DNA of 63,462 nt from Phoronis australis (taxonomy: Eukaryota; Animalia; Phoronida), in contig NMRA01000101.1 of assembly GCA_002633005.1 (NCBI GenBank), positions 62,539 through 126,000 of the forward strand. The letters run 5' to 3'. Below, in pieces: positions 47,310 to 59,300 of the stretch. A program made the position numbers and the translations under genes. The notes below the pieces were generated by a model. The model was not told the origin of the DNA, searched no databases, and worked only from the letters and a program-made list of their open reading frames with translations. Each line of letters opens with the position of its first letter. Position 1 is the first letter of the stretch.

Positions 47310-50300
47310 CTGAAAAAAATGTCAAGCTTTTTATGGATATCCAGGTAATACATTTAGCAACCAGCACAGGCATCACTGCGATTAACAAGAAGCCGAGCCA
47401 GTAAACAACCACTGGTGGTCCCAGAAGTGGCAAGTGAATTTGCAGAGCAGTTAGGCACTCTGTTGCTCCTGAGTGTGGAGTTCAGATAAATAAGATGCTT
47501 TACTTGAATATAAGTCTTTTTGCAAAAAGGCACGAAATACGTTTCTGGTGCTTAGTTTGAAATATTATCTCAGCTATTTTCGAAATGGTAAAGAGATGGG
47601 ATCTAAATTTTGGTTCGCGCTTGCGTTGCGTCATAATTGGTGCTACTGAGTACTTGGAAGCACATCGCGTTTTGAAAATGGTGCTTACCAAGGTCATAGT
47701 CAGTAACACTCTTTCATTCTGTACCACACAAGTTCATTTTATAGTTTTGAGAACACATGTTTACTGGGTTCCAAAGTTACAGACAAGCTTGGCGGGATCA
47801 CATGAAATTGTTTGAATGGCCTTTATTTTTCCACACATGGCATACTAGGTAAATCGGCAAAGCAATTGCCCACATAGTGATTGGCTAACAATGGTTTAAC
47901 CCAATAACTGAGCAACTGCCGACTTTCCGTACTGTCTGATGCTTGCCAATAGAGCTTTTAAGATTGCATAGGACCTTATTGATAAGTCCTCATACTTAGC
48001 ATAAGCATAAATTCTGAAAGTACAAAGAATGTAGAATTTAACTTTTGACTTTTTTCCGATCTGCCATTATTGGTCACATTGGCATGACATTTCTCAGCAA
48101 AATTTAACAAAAACGAAAGGCACATTGATAAGAAAAATAAAAGTATCGATAATATGACCATCATACAATCATTCAATAAGAAATTTCACAATTGTTGCTA
48201 GTTTTCTAAAAAAAAATCATTCCTTATTCAAGTGACCTGATTTTCTATTCGGACTTTTGAGACCCTGGTATATATCATCTGTTACCCCGATCATGAATGT
48301 GACTTTTGAATTATGTTATATCTTACATAAAATAACACAAAAGTATCACGTTATATCTTCTATAAAATATCACAAAAATAGGCATCTTGGTACTAGTGTT
48401 CTACTTTAACTTGATCTTGTTAATATGTAAATTGTTATGAAACATGTAAATCAGAATACATCAGTTTACTGTGGATTCTTACCTCATCACTGGTAAGCTC
48501 TAGAAACTGTGAGATGTCTATTTCCGTCCGTGGAAGTCCTTCATCCATTCGCTTGGCATTTGCACTTACTGAGTAGTAGTAATGTGATTGCAAAGTCTGC
48601 AAGGATTATTATAACATTACAAAGGGACTAAGTACCAAGAGCTGTGCTGTATTAAGTTTTCAAGGCTTGTATTCAGACTCGGGCACCTATATGTGAAGTT
48701 GTGCCTAAACCCACCATCGGTGTTATTTAGACTCCTATTATGTGAATGTCCACCTATACCGTAACTTATAGGCTTTTGTTTAGACTGAACTGTGACAAGT
48801 TGCACCAAAATCCATATGACTGGACATGAAAAACTTAACAGTAAAACCGAGTAGCAAGTTTATAAACCAGCTGCGGAGAAAAATTGGACTCGTGTCTAAC
48901 AAAATGGGACGATAGTCGGATGTAACATGGCTGCATTTAGAAAACCAGTGTTCTCCATTGAAGAACGGGTATCAACCTCGTTCTTAAAATGTGGTTACGT
49001 TAGGCTGACTATTGCCAAAATGGTAGATGCTGGTAGGCTTCCAATTTGACGTGACCTATTTAAATCAGAAATGCTGACACAAAACCCATCACTTTAAGAC
49101 ATGCACACAATCAAGTTCGAGCCACGTGCACCTAGAAGTGAAGAATTGCCACATGCGTCTTTGTGAGTAAGCCGTGAGCAAACATAAGTTTTCTGAAAAA
49201 ACACCAATGGCCTAAATATCTGCATATACAGTACAGAATGGATAGCAAGATAGTGTAAAGCATTAGATAAACATGACAGTTGCATTTTAAATCCTGTGCC
49301 AGTTGTACACAGTGAACAGAAGTGTAATCTACCTTAAGCTCCCAAAGTGAGCTCTGTAAAGCATTGCACTTGGCTGGATCAGTCTCTGTCATGTCATAAG
49401 GGTCGTCAGATAAATCTGAAAGAGATGTTAAACTGAAAAATTAGGTGTTGCATCTGGCTAGATTAAAACATTGAATTTCAAAAGTTCAGTTGATCTGAAT
49501 GGTATCAACTGAAACTTTTAAAATTTAGAACTCGGTGTTAGAGCCCATCACGACCGTAATTGCCAAATATCTGTAGAAATAGAATTTTGCTTTACATTAA
49601 CCGGGTCATGCAATTATGCCTTGTTTTTAAAAAAATATCAAAAAGGTACATTCACAGTAAACGCACGACCAAATTTCCTTCAATAAAAATGTTCAAAATG
49701 AAATCTAAAAACACAGCTACAGTTTTCTAAATAACTTAATTTTCCTTTTATGCAACATTTGAATCTTACCTAAAACTTCAACAGGTTCTATTTGTGATAT
49801 GCCCATGCAAAGTAAAGCATTAGTTGGATCCCACCAATCATTATTGACATACAATGTTCAGTAAACATGGACATATTTCTAAAGGGTTACACACAACCAT
49901 AAACAAATAAAACATTCTCTATTTAGATACTAAGCTGACATCTGCCATGAGAGCCTAACTTGAAATGAACCTTGGAGTTCACTTAAAATCAGCAGAGCAA
50001 ACTCAAGATGCAGAAGTGTTAAACCCAACCACATCTTCTCAATTCAGTAGCTGCCAATCACAGGAACAATCCACTCTGGTAGAGTGGTCACACAGAAAGT
50101 CGAAATACAAACCTTTGCTACTGTCTGGCCTGTCTAGCAGGACCTTACAGTTGGGATGTCGCATCAACAAGTTGTAAATGAATGGTATGATCACAGCCAG
50201 GCCAGTAGGTGGAGCTGTTAGGCCCAGCCGAGCCAGTCTCTTGACAAACGCGGCAACTAGGTAGGCTGGGAGCAAACTAAAACAAGGTGGGATTTAGTTA

Positions 50301-53300
50301 ACACTGATTGCAATCAGACTGATGGTGACAATGTTTCAACTACTGGAAATGAAATGGCTACTGAATACTTTGTTAGTGTGATGAAACATCCAGTTGGCTA
50401 GATGACAGAGCTTACTGGTTCCCTTATTTGCATGACACAGTGCAACCTCAAAAATGCCATTGTTAAGTAAACACTGCCATAATAACGACGGCCATATCAC
50501 TTTTGAACTGCAACCAAAAATCAAAGACGTGTGCAAGTTCAACACCAATGCGGTCACACTTTCATCAAGATGACAAGAATACTCTGCAAAAAGTCACGCA
50601 AGGGAGTTCCTTAACAGGAGAAGTAATGAGGTGTCGTTTTTATTTCATATTTCACCCAGTACTCACGTAGAAGACAGGAAGAGATCACAGAGATAGAAGA
50701 ACCTGGCGCGGTACTTCACATGGAACACCGATGGTTCAAGCAGGGCATACAGCTTTGTGTAGAAATCAGGATAGTCCCTGAAATGAGATAAATAATACAT
50801 ACCAGTGGAAAGCAAAGATAACAAAGTCAAACCAAATCAGTAAACAAACCACAATCAGGATTCTACATTTCATGATCACAAACGCAGTACCTGGGCCTGA
50901 GATCTAATTTTAGTACTTGAAATCAAACTCGGAAATATTTTGACGTTTTATATTCCATTTTTGTGTGAACTCAAGATATGTGTCAACTATTGTGTGCTAA
51001 AGTACACTGAATGGTTTAGATGGACAACTGTCTACTCTTAGTATGCACTTGATGACCCCAGCATTATAGGTAGAACTTAGAATCTGTTGTCTAAATTTGA
51101 GTTTTTACTTGAAATCTTGAATTTTTACTAGAGTTTGAAACTGGAATCTAGTATTCTTTCACGAGGCTCTAAGTAAACGTTCACAAGGAAAATCTGATGC
51201 AATAGACACAGAACTATAGTCTGCAATGCTTTTTACAAAGAAAACTATTTTTATCTTGTTCGTTTAAACTTACAAATTATACTTGTTGACAAGGATGAAC
51301 AGTCCATTCAGAGCCAGCAAACTGATTGCGCCACCTGAAAATTTGATTGAAAGATTGTCACGTAAAGTATGACTGACAACCAACATAATGGAAAGCAACA
51401 GATTAGTGACTGCAAGATATCACCCTATGATGGCAACACAGGACAAGAACCATTTCAAGTTTTTATAAGGATGACGGTTTGCACAGAAAGTTCCATCAGA
51501 GCTTTATTCGCAGGTCATGCCAGGTATTAATGAAACTGGTTGGCCTGCTATTTCCCACATTATACTCGTGCACCAGGCAGACATCGAACACTAGATGTGG
51601 TACCAAAGTGACAAAGCTTCTTTCACCATCATGACGGTACTGAGCAAGGAAAATACAGCAATAAAAGATTGGTCATACATGTTTTAATCGGCACTCAACT
51701 ATTCTGACACGGCTTCACAAAGACTTGATCAAGATGTTAGTGACCAGAAGAGGATTTGTGTAGCAAAATCAACATATCTACATCATAACATTGTTCTGAC
51801 ACACATCACTCCTTCAGCAGCTGAGGGTTGGCAGCTGCACTGTAAGGGAACATGTAGCATCTGTTTGCAGTGGATGATGAACTGTATTAAACAACACTAC
51901 CACACTATTCAAACAGATCTTCACTCACCCACATTATACGACTCGGTCAAGAAGTCACTGAGCAGTAGGGGATTGGTCATGTGTGGCATTAGTTTGTCAT
52001 GTACTCCAACCAGCACCTTTCTATACATGGCAGTGGTTAGCCTATGAGACAGCAGTTTGAGCCACACCGTCGAGAATAGTCGCTTCAGTCCACGTGGAGC
52101 AGTGATCTTGAGTGCGATGCTTGCATCTGTCAAACGGTAATGACGGGCTTAAAGCAACATGGCCATGGTAGGCGAACTACTAAAACTGAGACATAGTTTC
52201 CGAAAAAGAAACGCTTGGTTACTGATTTAGGAAATTACAATTACTTTTTTTTTAAATCTAGAATCCAGTTAGGTTGGGGACAGTTTCCTGTTGAATTGTT
52301 ACTTGGTTGTTCCCTAAATCAGTTTTATCTTATAATAATCATTACTAATTTTGCAACAAGAGAGAATACAAATGAAACATTTGAGTTAAAAGACCCTTCA
52401 GTACAGCCATTCTTTAATCAACAGATTTCAGTGACAGCTCGCAATAGGGAGCAGCATTACCTGGGGCCTTTGACAGGAAATTATTGAGAACATCACTATC
52501 ACTAACTGTAGGCATGGTGATGGTCAGGAGAACAGTTAACATGTTGTTCAGGTATGACTGGGAGGGTTCCTGTAGAAGAAACATCGTACTTCAAAACACA
52601 AGTTCCTTGATAGGAAACATAATAGTCATTGTCATAACATCAGCATCAGCAGCAGTCGCAGCAGCAAATCAAAAGTTTCTAAAATCACTAAAAGGCTCTG
52701 AAGAATTCACTACCAGATTTTAAAATATCTCAAATGTGCAGAATGATCTCAAAATTGATTTTGAACTACAAATCACCAACACACATTACTAACATGTAGT
52801 GATTTTTTGTTTTTCATTTTGCATTGTTTGATTTTGAAAAAAAAATGTTAAGCCTGTCAAAATTTTGAATCACAAGAAATGTAAAGGTGTCATGTTTAGA
52901 TTTTTGCTTCGCACATTGAACACTGAAGTAACAAGTTGCTTCTAGGTGGGAATTTTCTGCCTTTCTGGGTCTTAGATAAATTAACCCAGAGCTTAGTGCA
53001 TACCTGTGTAGAATTGATACTTTCTAAGCAGAACTTGAGCATGTAATAACGCACATCGTCGAATTCCGAGTATTCCTGGAACCTCCCTACGAGACTTTCC
53101 ATATCCCGGTCACATGACAGGAAACACTGAACAATGCTCTATGGAAATAATGCAAAAAAAGAAAATGGAAAACATTAAAACTGCTCATTTCATGCTAATA
53201 CACCTAGGGTTTCTAACAAATTTAATGTCAATTAAAAACATCAATCAGATACCTACATAACAAATTAACTTAGTTACTATAAGCTATTCATTCCAATCCA

Positions 53301-56300
53301 CTGTATGTCAATGTCAAAGTAAACTTTCACAGAAAACAAACACTACGCTGAGAAATATTCCCAAAAATACGGAAGTAGCAAACCTTAAAGAAGCTTGATG
53401 GAAAATAGAGATGTTTTGAGTCAATCATTTGGAGTGGATTGTGACCTTCCAGTGACACAAATTTCATCAAAGTACTCAGCGCCATTTCCTGTAAATGAAT
53501 AATAAGATACTGAATCATCAGCATTAATTAAAATCAGTGATTTAATTTCTGAACCCATGGCAGGGGTTCATTCAGAATTTCACAAAATAGGTAGTCTGAA
53601 ATGGGTTTCCCAATTTCTCAGACAATGATGCATGATGGTTGTTTTTATGACTGCCGTGGCGTTATAATGAGGCGTGCACTGTAGACATGGTTCTGCAGTA
53701 AAGATTTTTGTATCGGACATCATTTATAATTCAACTTTTTGTTATTGCAGTCGGGCCGATTACCTCTCTGAGCAGCTGGTGGAAAGTTAAAATACACACA
53801 CTTATTCATTTTATTTGTGCATCCAACTGCCGAACAGAGTGTCCTAGCTGCGGTGTCAAAATTTCAGTCAGGGTGTCCATTTGGACGCCCTCAAAACCCT
53901 CTAGGTGAAGAAGGCCTGCACCCTCCCTTCACCCAATTCAACAGCCTTGACTTCCACACTAAAAATTAACTTACCTGTACAGGCGACTGGTGCCACATCA
54001 TGAACTCCAGCAGCCTCTGTTTAGCTTCTGAGTACCTATCTCTCAGCCACACAGTGTATTGTTCATTCTTAGTCAGGTCTGCAGGAAACACGATATTTTC
54101 ATTGATACTTCCAAAATGTGATGTATGAAAGTTAGCCCTGTGCATTTGCATAATGGGGCTACTCACCTACCTACTATGACACACTCATCTAATTGTGCGA
54201 ACTCATATTTCAAGACAATTGCTCATTAAACAAACCTGTTGTGCCTTCCACCAAATTCATGACAGACCATGCCAATGTACTCAAAATAGGCAAATCTGGT
54301 AACAGAACCGATATTTTCACCATCAGTATTTAATTAATAAAAACAACAGCAGATTTAAAACGGCTTGACATGTTTCGTTGTCATTCATTTGAACACCATC
54401 ATCAGAAGAAGAGAGAACACAATGGCCACCTAGCTAAGCCCAGCAACAAGTGATGAAACACAGACACAGTCAGTTACAGGGAGGGACAATAAGCTAGACC
54501 AACAATGACAACCTGTGGTGTGTCAGTTGCCTATTGAGATTGGGCTTGCACCAACTGATGTGTTAAGCCTCAGGAGTTTTAAGCTCCTTTGTTGTTTCTG
54601 TTTGGTCTATTGTAGCAAAGTCATTGAAAGAGCATTGCTGATAATGACTGGAGCTCTGCAGATGAACATTTACATGTGGACCTTTGTCAGAATTTAGATG
54701 TTCCCTGCATGGTCCTGGTTTTCAAATGGCGAACAGTTTTGCATATATTACTGAAGCCACATCAAGCAATGATAAATTTGTACACTACCCCGGACCGTAG
54801 ACCCATAGGAATTTTGTCATTAGGGTTAAATAAATTCAACAGTTTTAGAGACTTGAATGTTAGTACAATTCTTAAGTAATCATTCACCAATTTGTTGAGA
54901 TTTCGTTGAGCAATCTTGGCGTAAAACCCAATATAGGGTACTAGTATTTTAAAGTACTTGTAGTTAGTTTTGCCTACAGGATGAATATCAACTGGGTTAT
55001 GTTGGAGTCTTGCTTTCAGTACCCTGTTGACTAATTCTAGGGGATAGCCATTCTTAAGCAAATTCGTTGCAAGTTCTTTGATATTAGATTCAAATCCTGC
55101 CCAAGAGTTGTAAATGCGATATGCCCTGTCTATTAGTTTTAATGAGACCCACTTTATAAACAAAGGATTTGAAGCTATGAAAACAAGTGTACAGTCTTGT
55201 GTAGGTCTTCTTATGAAATACTGATGTTACCACTGAGGTACCCTCACTCTCCACTAAAACTGAGTGTGTCTGTATTTCATCACTTGTTGCTGGGCCTAGC
55301 TAGGTGACCACTATGTTCTCTCCTCTTTTGATGATGGAGTTTAAATAAACGACACTGAAACATGTCAAGCCATTTTAAATCCGCTGTTGTTTTTATTTCT
55401 GCTACTTGCTATCATGGATATCAGTATTTGACCAGTATTTTTTATTACTACCAATATGTACAAGTACTCAAGTACTCGAGAGGAGCCCTGGTTATAACCT
55501 AGTAAAACAAATCAAATGCACAATCACAAAGGTGAAATGTAATTAAAATAATTAATGCGAAATGTAACAAATTAGTCTAAGACATATACAACTATGACAA
55601 CACGTAAGCCATATCTGCACGGGAGACCGTTGTCACGGAGTTACTGACACAGAGCCACCCGATAGGGAAAGTGTGTGACTGTAAAGACTACTGTCATGAA
55701 GCAAGTTGGCGGCCATTCTTGACACTGGTTTGAGAGGAAGAGCAAGTCGCTCTAAATCAAATGCTCCACTGTCAACTAAACGTCTAAACAAACTGGGGAA
55801 AGGCAGAAGGGACCAACTCTGTTACAGTTGCACAATAGCGTAACTATATATTGGTAACCCACTGGCATTCCACATAGTTTAGGTGTTCCCTTATTGTTTA
55901 TGCAAGAATGCACAATCTTCGTATAAATGACAGGTGCTGATCTAGTTCGCAATATAGTGTTGTGTAAAAGTTACTTAAGTGGAGCAAGTCGTGCATGACA
56001 ACTCGTAACGTGTTTTGTTTCCCATGCAAAATCAGCTATACACGAATCAAATAGCAATTTTGAGTACCTGCTGTCTTATCATCTTCAGGTGGTTTCTCAA
56101 GGAATAACAAGTCTGACTTGAGCAATGATGTGAAGATCTTGTGAAAGGCTTTAACACACCCAATGGCAACCTGACTATCATCTGTCTATAACAAAAAGCC
56201 ACACAAAAAGAAAATTGTTCTTCAACAGGCAATGCTTCCTACCCAAGAAGTAAACATGGAAAGTCACTAACATGGGATGATAACCTGGTATGAAGCAATT

Positions 56301-59300
56301 TGAATTTCATTTCACGTTTTCAAGAAGACAAATCCTAGAGAAAGCGATGACATTTTGACATTCCTTCTTCTGGTCCAGTGAGAAAGTCGACCAACTCGTC
56401 AACTTGTGACGTGTGTTAAGATAAAACAGCAACGCCAAAAGAAACAACATCTCCAACACACAGCGTGAGGAGATGTGGGGGCATTTTTAAGCCAGCGTTG
56501 AACTTGGATGAGCGAACATTCCACATTCCAGTAATTTTTATGTAGTTGCCAGAAAAATGAACTCTCCTTGCCTTACGATAGGTGTTGCATTCTTGCAGAG
56601 GGGTCTAGTATTAGATTACGTCATGATTTTATTACTGTCAAGGTACACATACATCCTGAGTTTCAACTGGCCATCACTGCTGTGAATAAAGGTCTAATTA
56701 TTCAGTGAAAACTGGTTCCCGTAGCCATTTTGAAGAGGGGCCCATTTCCTTAATTTTTACCAATATTGCTATTAAGAATACCTCCACTCGCTCCAATATT
56801 GACAAGACAGAATCAAAGAATACAGCGTAGAGCAGACAATTTCATCCTAAATGACCATTCCAGATACTCCTCTGTTTTGTCTATGCTTACCACTCTCAAA
56901 TGGTCCACTCTTCAAAAAGACGTGCTCAAAAAAGACGTGCTCAAAATAAACTGTCCTTTATGTACAAGACTGTAAAACTACATAACCTGGTTGCCATTCC
57001 CCAAACATATACCTTCTATCCCTGGCCCTACATATTTCTAGATCACGGAATTGCCACACTCTTACTTTTGAGAGAACATACATTCACACTGCATACTATG
57101 CAAACTCTCAATATGGAATCTAATAAAAAACTGTATCCTTCCAAGATATGTAACAGACAAAATCGACACACATATAGATTACATGTGTTCTCCTTGTATT
57201 TAAAAAAATACATATAAAGCACTTACAGCTCTCAGAGAAACATTCTACAATTTGTTATACATGTCCTAATTGAAGAAACCGCGATCACCTGCCTAACATC
57301 TTAGTCATATGCTTTTCTAACCATTTGATGTGAACGTAGGTAGGTATTTATTATCTTGTCTCGATGTCGTCTGTCTATATTCGTCTCGGTGTTTATGGTG
57401 GACTGGATGTAGAACATAAATTGTATCACATGACTGGGGAACTGCTGGACCAGGGGATTCTCTTGCGTGACGTCCTTCCTGTGAGAAGGACGTCTTCTCA
57501 GCATGTATCAAAGTCAGAAAACAAGTAAAGGAATGGACAAGGGTGAGTAGCACCGTTGAACCTTCTAGCCACAAATTACAACATTTGGCGTAGTTGGCAG
57601 GATCTGTAATCCCACCCAGTGGTAACCGAGACCTGCCACCTCTATCTACCAAGCGTTCTAGTGAGGCATCATCGTATTCACCTCTGCCTCACTATTGCAA
57701 CCCAACTACACCGAAGCCAGGAGATCTGATTTGTCAAGTCTGCAGTTTCTCAGTTGGAGAGGGCCATTTGTGGTCCCACCCTTTGACAAATCATCTGCAG
57801 GCGGTTTTTGATGTAGACTCAATGTGCCGCCTTTCATCAAATGAGGTGCAACATGCCCGCTTCGAAGTGCTAAAATCCCTCTTCTGGCAAATTGAAGAAC
57901 AAGTGATGAATACCTATGAGGATCTCCTCGACCTCGCGGGACTTGCTGTCCGCAGCGTCGCCAAGCTGCCCCGTGTGACTCTAGAAGATGAATTACATCT
58001 TATGATTTCATGCCGGGTACTGGAGTGACTGATGCCAGTAGCCCCTTTGTCACTCTGCGGGAGACTGCTCAGTGCTCAACCCTGGGCCGTGTATGCACTG
58101 GTTCGTGGTGCTGCACCTAGTGGCACGCGTGCCAGAACCCAACTATTCGGTGTGGGCCCTCTCATTCGACTGTGGTCCGAAACACATGCAGTCAGCAGCT
58201 CCGCCGTTTGTTAGTCAATCAACACCGTCTTCCACCCCGAAGACGTACGCAAGTGCTGTTCGAGCACCGCTCAAGTCTCCTGTGATCCCACCACTTAATG
58301 AGCATACATCATCTCAAGCGTTAGAGTCGGCTATTGACTCCCATTGCAGGCTCGCTTTGTGGAGGACCTACTTCGAGACTTCGCAAACCTTACCCATCGC
58401 CATCGAAGTGTGAGGGACAACACTCTGGTGTTTTAAATCCGTTCAGCCTCCCCTGGCTCCCACTATGACTGGGGCTTCCGAACCTTGTTCAACATCCTTG
58501 CAGACCATCTTCCGTCAACCAAGAGGATTCACCTGCACACATTTACTGGAGATGCCAACGCCGTGGTGCACTTTTGCTGACAGTTCTCGAACTGCTATTT
58601 CGGGCTCTTCGGCAATTGTAACACCTTCACATGATGACAAGCAGGTGCTTTGCAAAAGGTAAAAGAAGATCGTCTCCTTTTGGAAACCGACGCTCCACAT
58701 TTGTCGCTGAAGGTTCATTCTAATTATACACAATTCGTGGGGGAGGTGGCTGAGGTAGTAGCTAAACATCGCGGCGCAACAGTCTCGCACATCCTTTGCC
58801 AGATCACTAGGAATCCCAGCCGGCTCTACGGGCTGTAGACTCATAGACTGTGGATTCATCTTTCTTGTTTATTTGTTTTCAGTAGCATAGCTTTGTTTTG
58901 TAGCTTGTTTTTAGTAGTTCACGTTGGAGTAGCAAAGAGCTACCATGTGCTACCTTTGACACTCGTCTAAAAATCTGTTGTTGTTTTTCAGTCAGGTCAA
59001 AGTTTGAAAGCTGATCCAGGGATACTCGTTCGAGGGTAGGTCTGCTCAGTTTCACCCAGCTATTAAAATCCAAGCTATGCTACCTTACTGTTGCCTGTTT
59101 TGTCGAGTTGTGCTGTTCTTATTCTGTTTTGTTATTTGTTGTGTGGTGTGTTAAGTTGATAAATTCATTTTTCTTGTTATTCTAGTTGTTATAGTTAAAG
59201 TACAACACCTGTCACTTTTTAGTATTTCATTTTTTTTTGTTCCAATTTTTTGCCAAGTATTGGCTCAGTTTTTCTCAAGTTTTCTAATCTAAGTTTAGTA

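Larger units (their letters stand above)
54332..55419 (-). mobile_element. 5'-truncated Penelope-like element with inverted pseudo-LTRs, NOC4L intron 2
   Basis: Minus-strand relic LIDRAYRI..LLKNGYP..VPYIG..DKIPMGLRSGVVYKF..*CG...KTVRHLKTR (RT C-terminus plus GIY-YIG start); 54336-54475 and 55258-55397 are inverted copies; candidate TSD ATCAGTATTT (54322-54331, 55420-55429). Confidence 0.85.
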
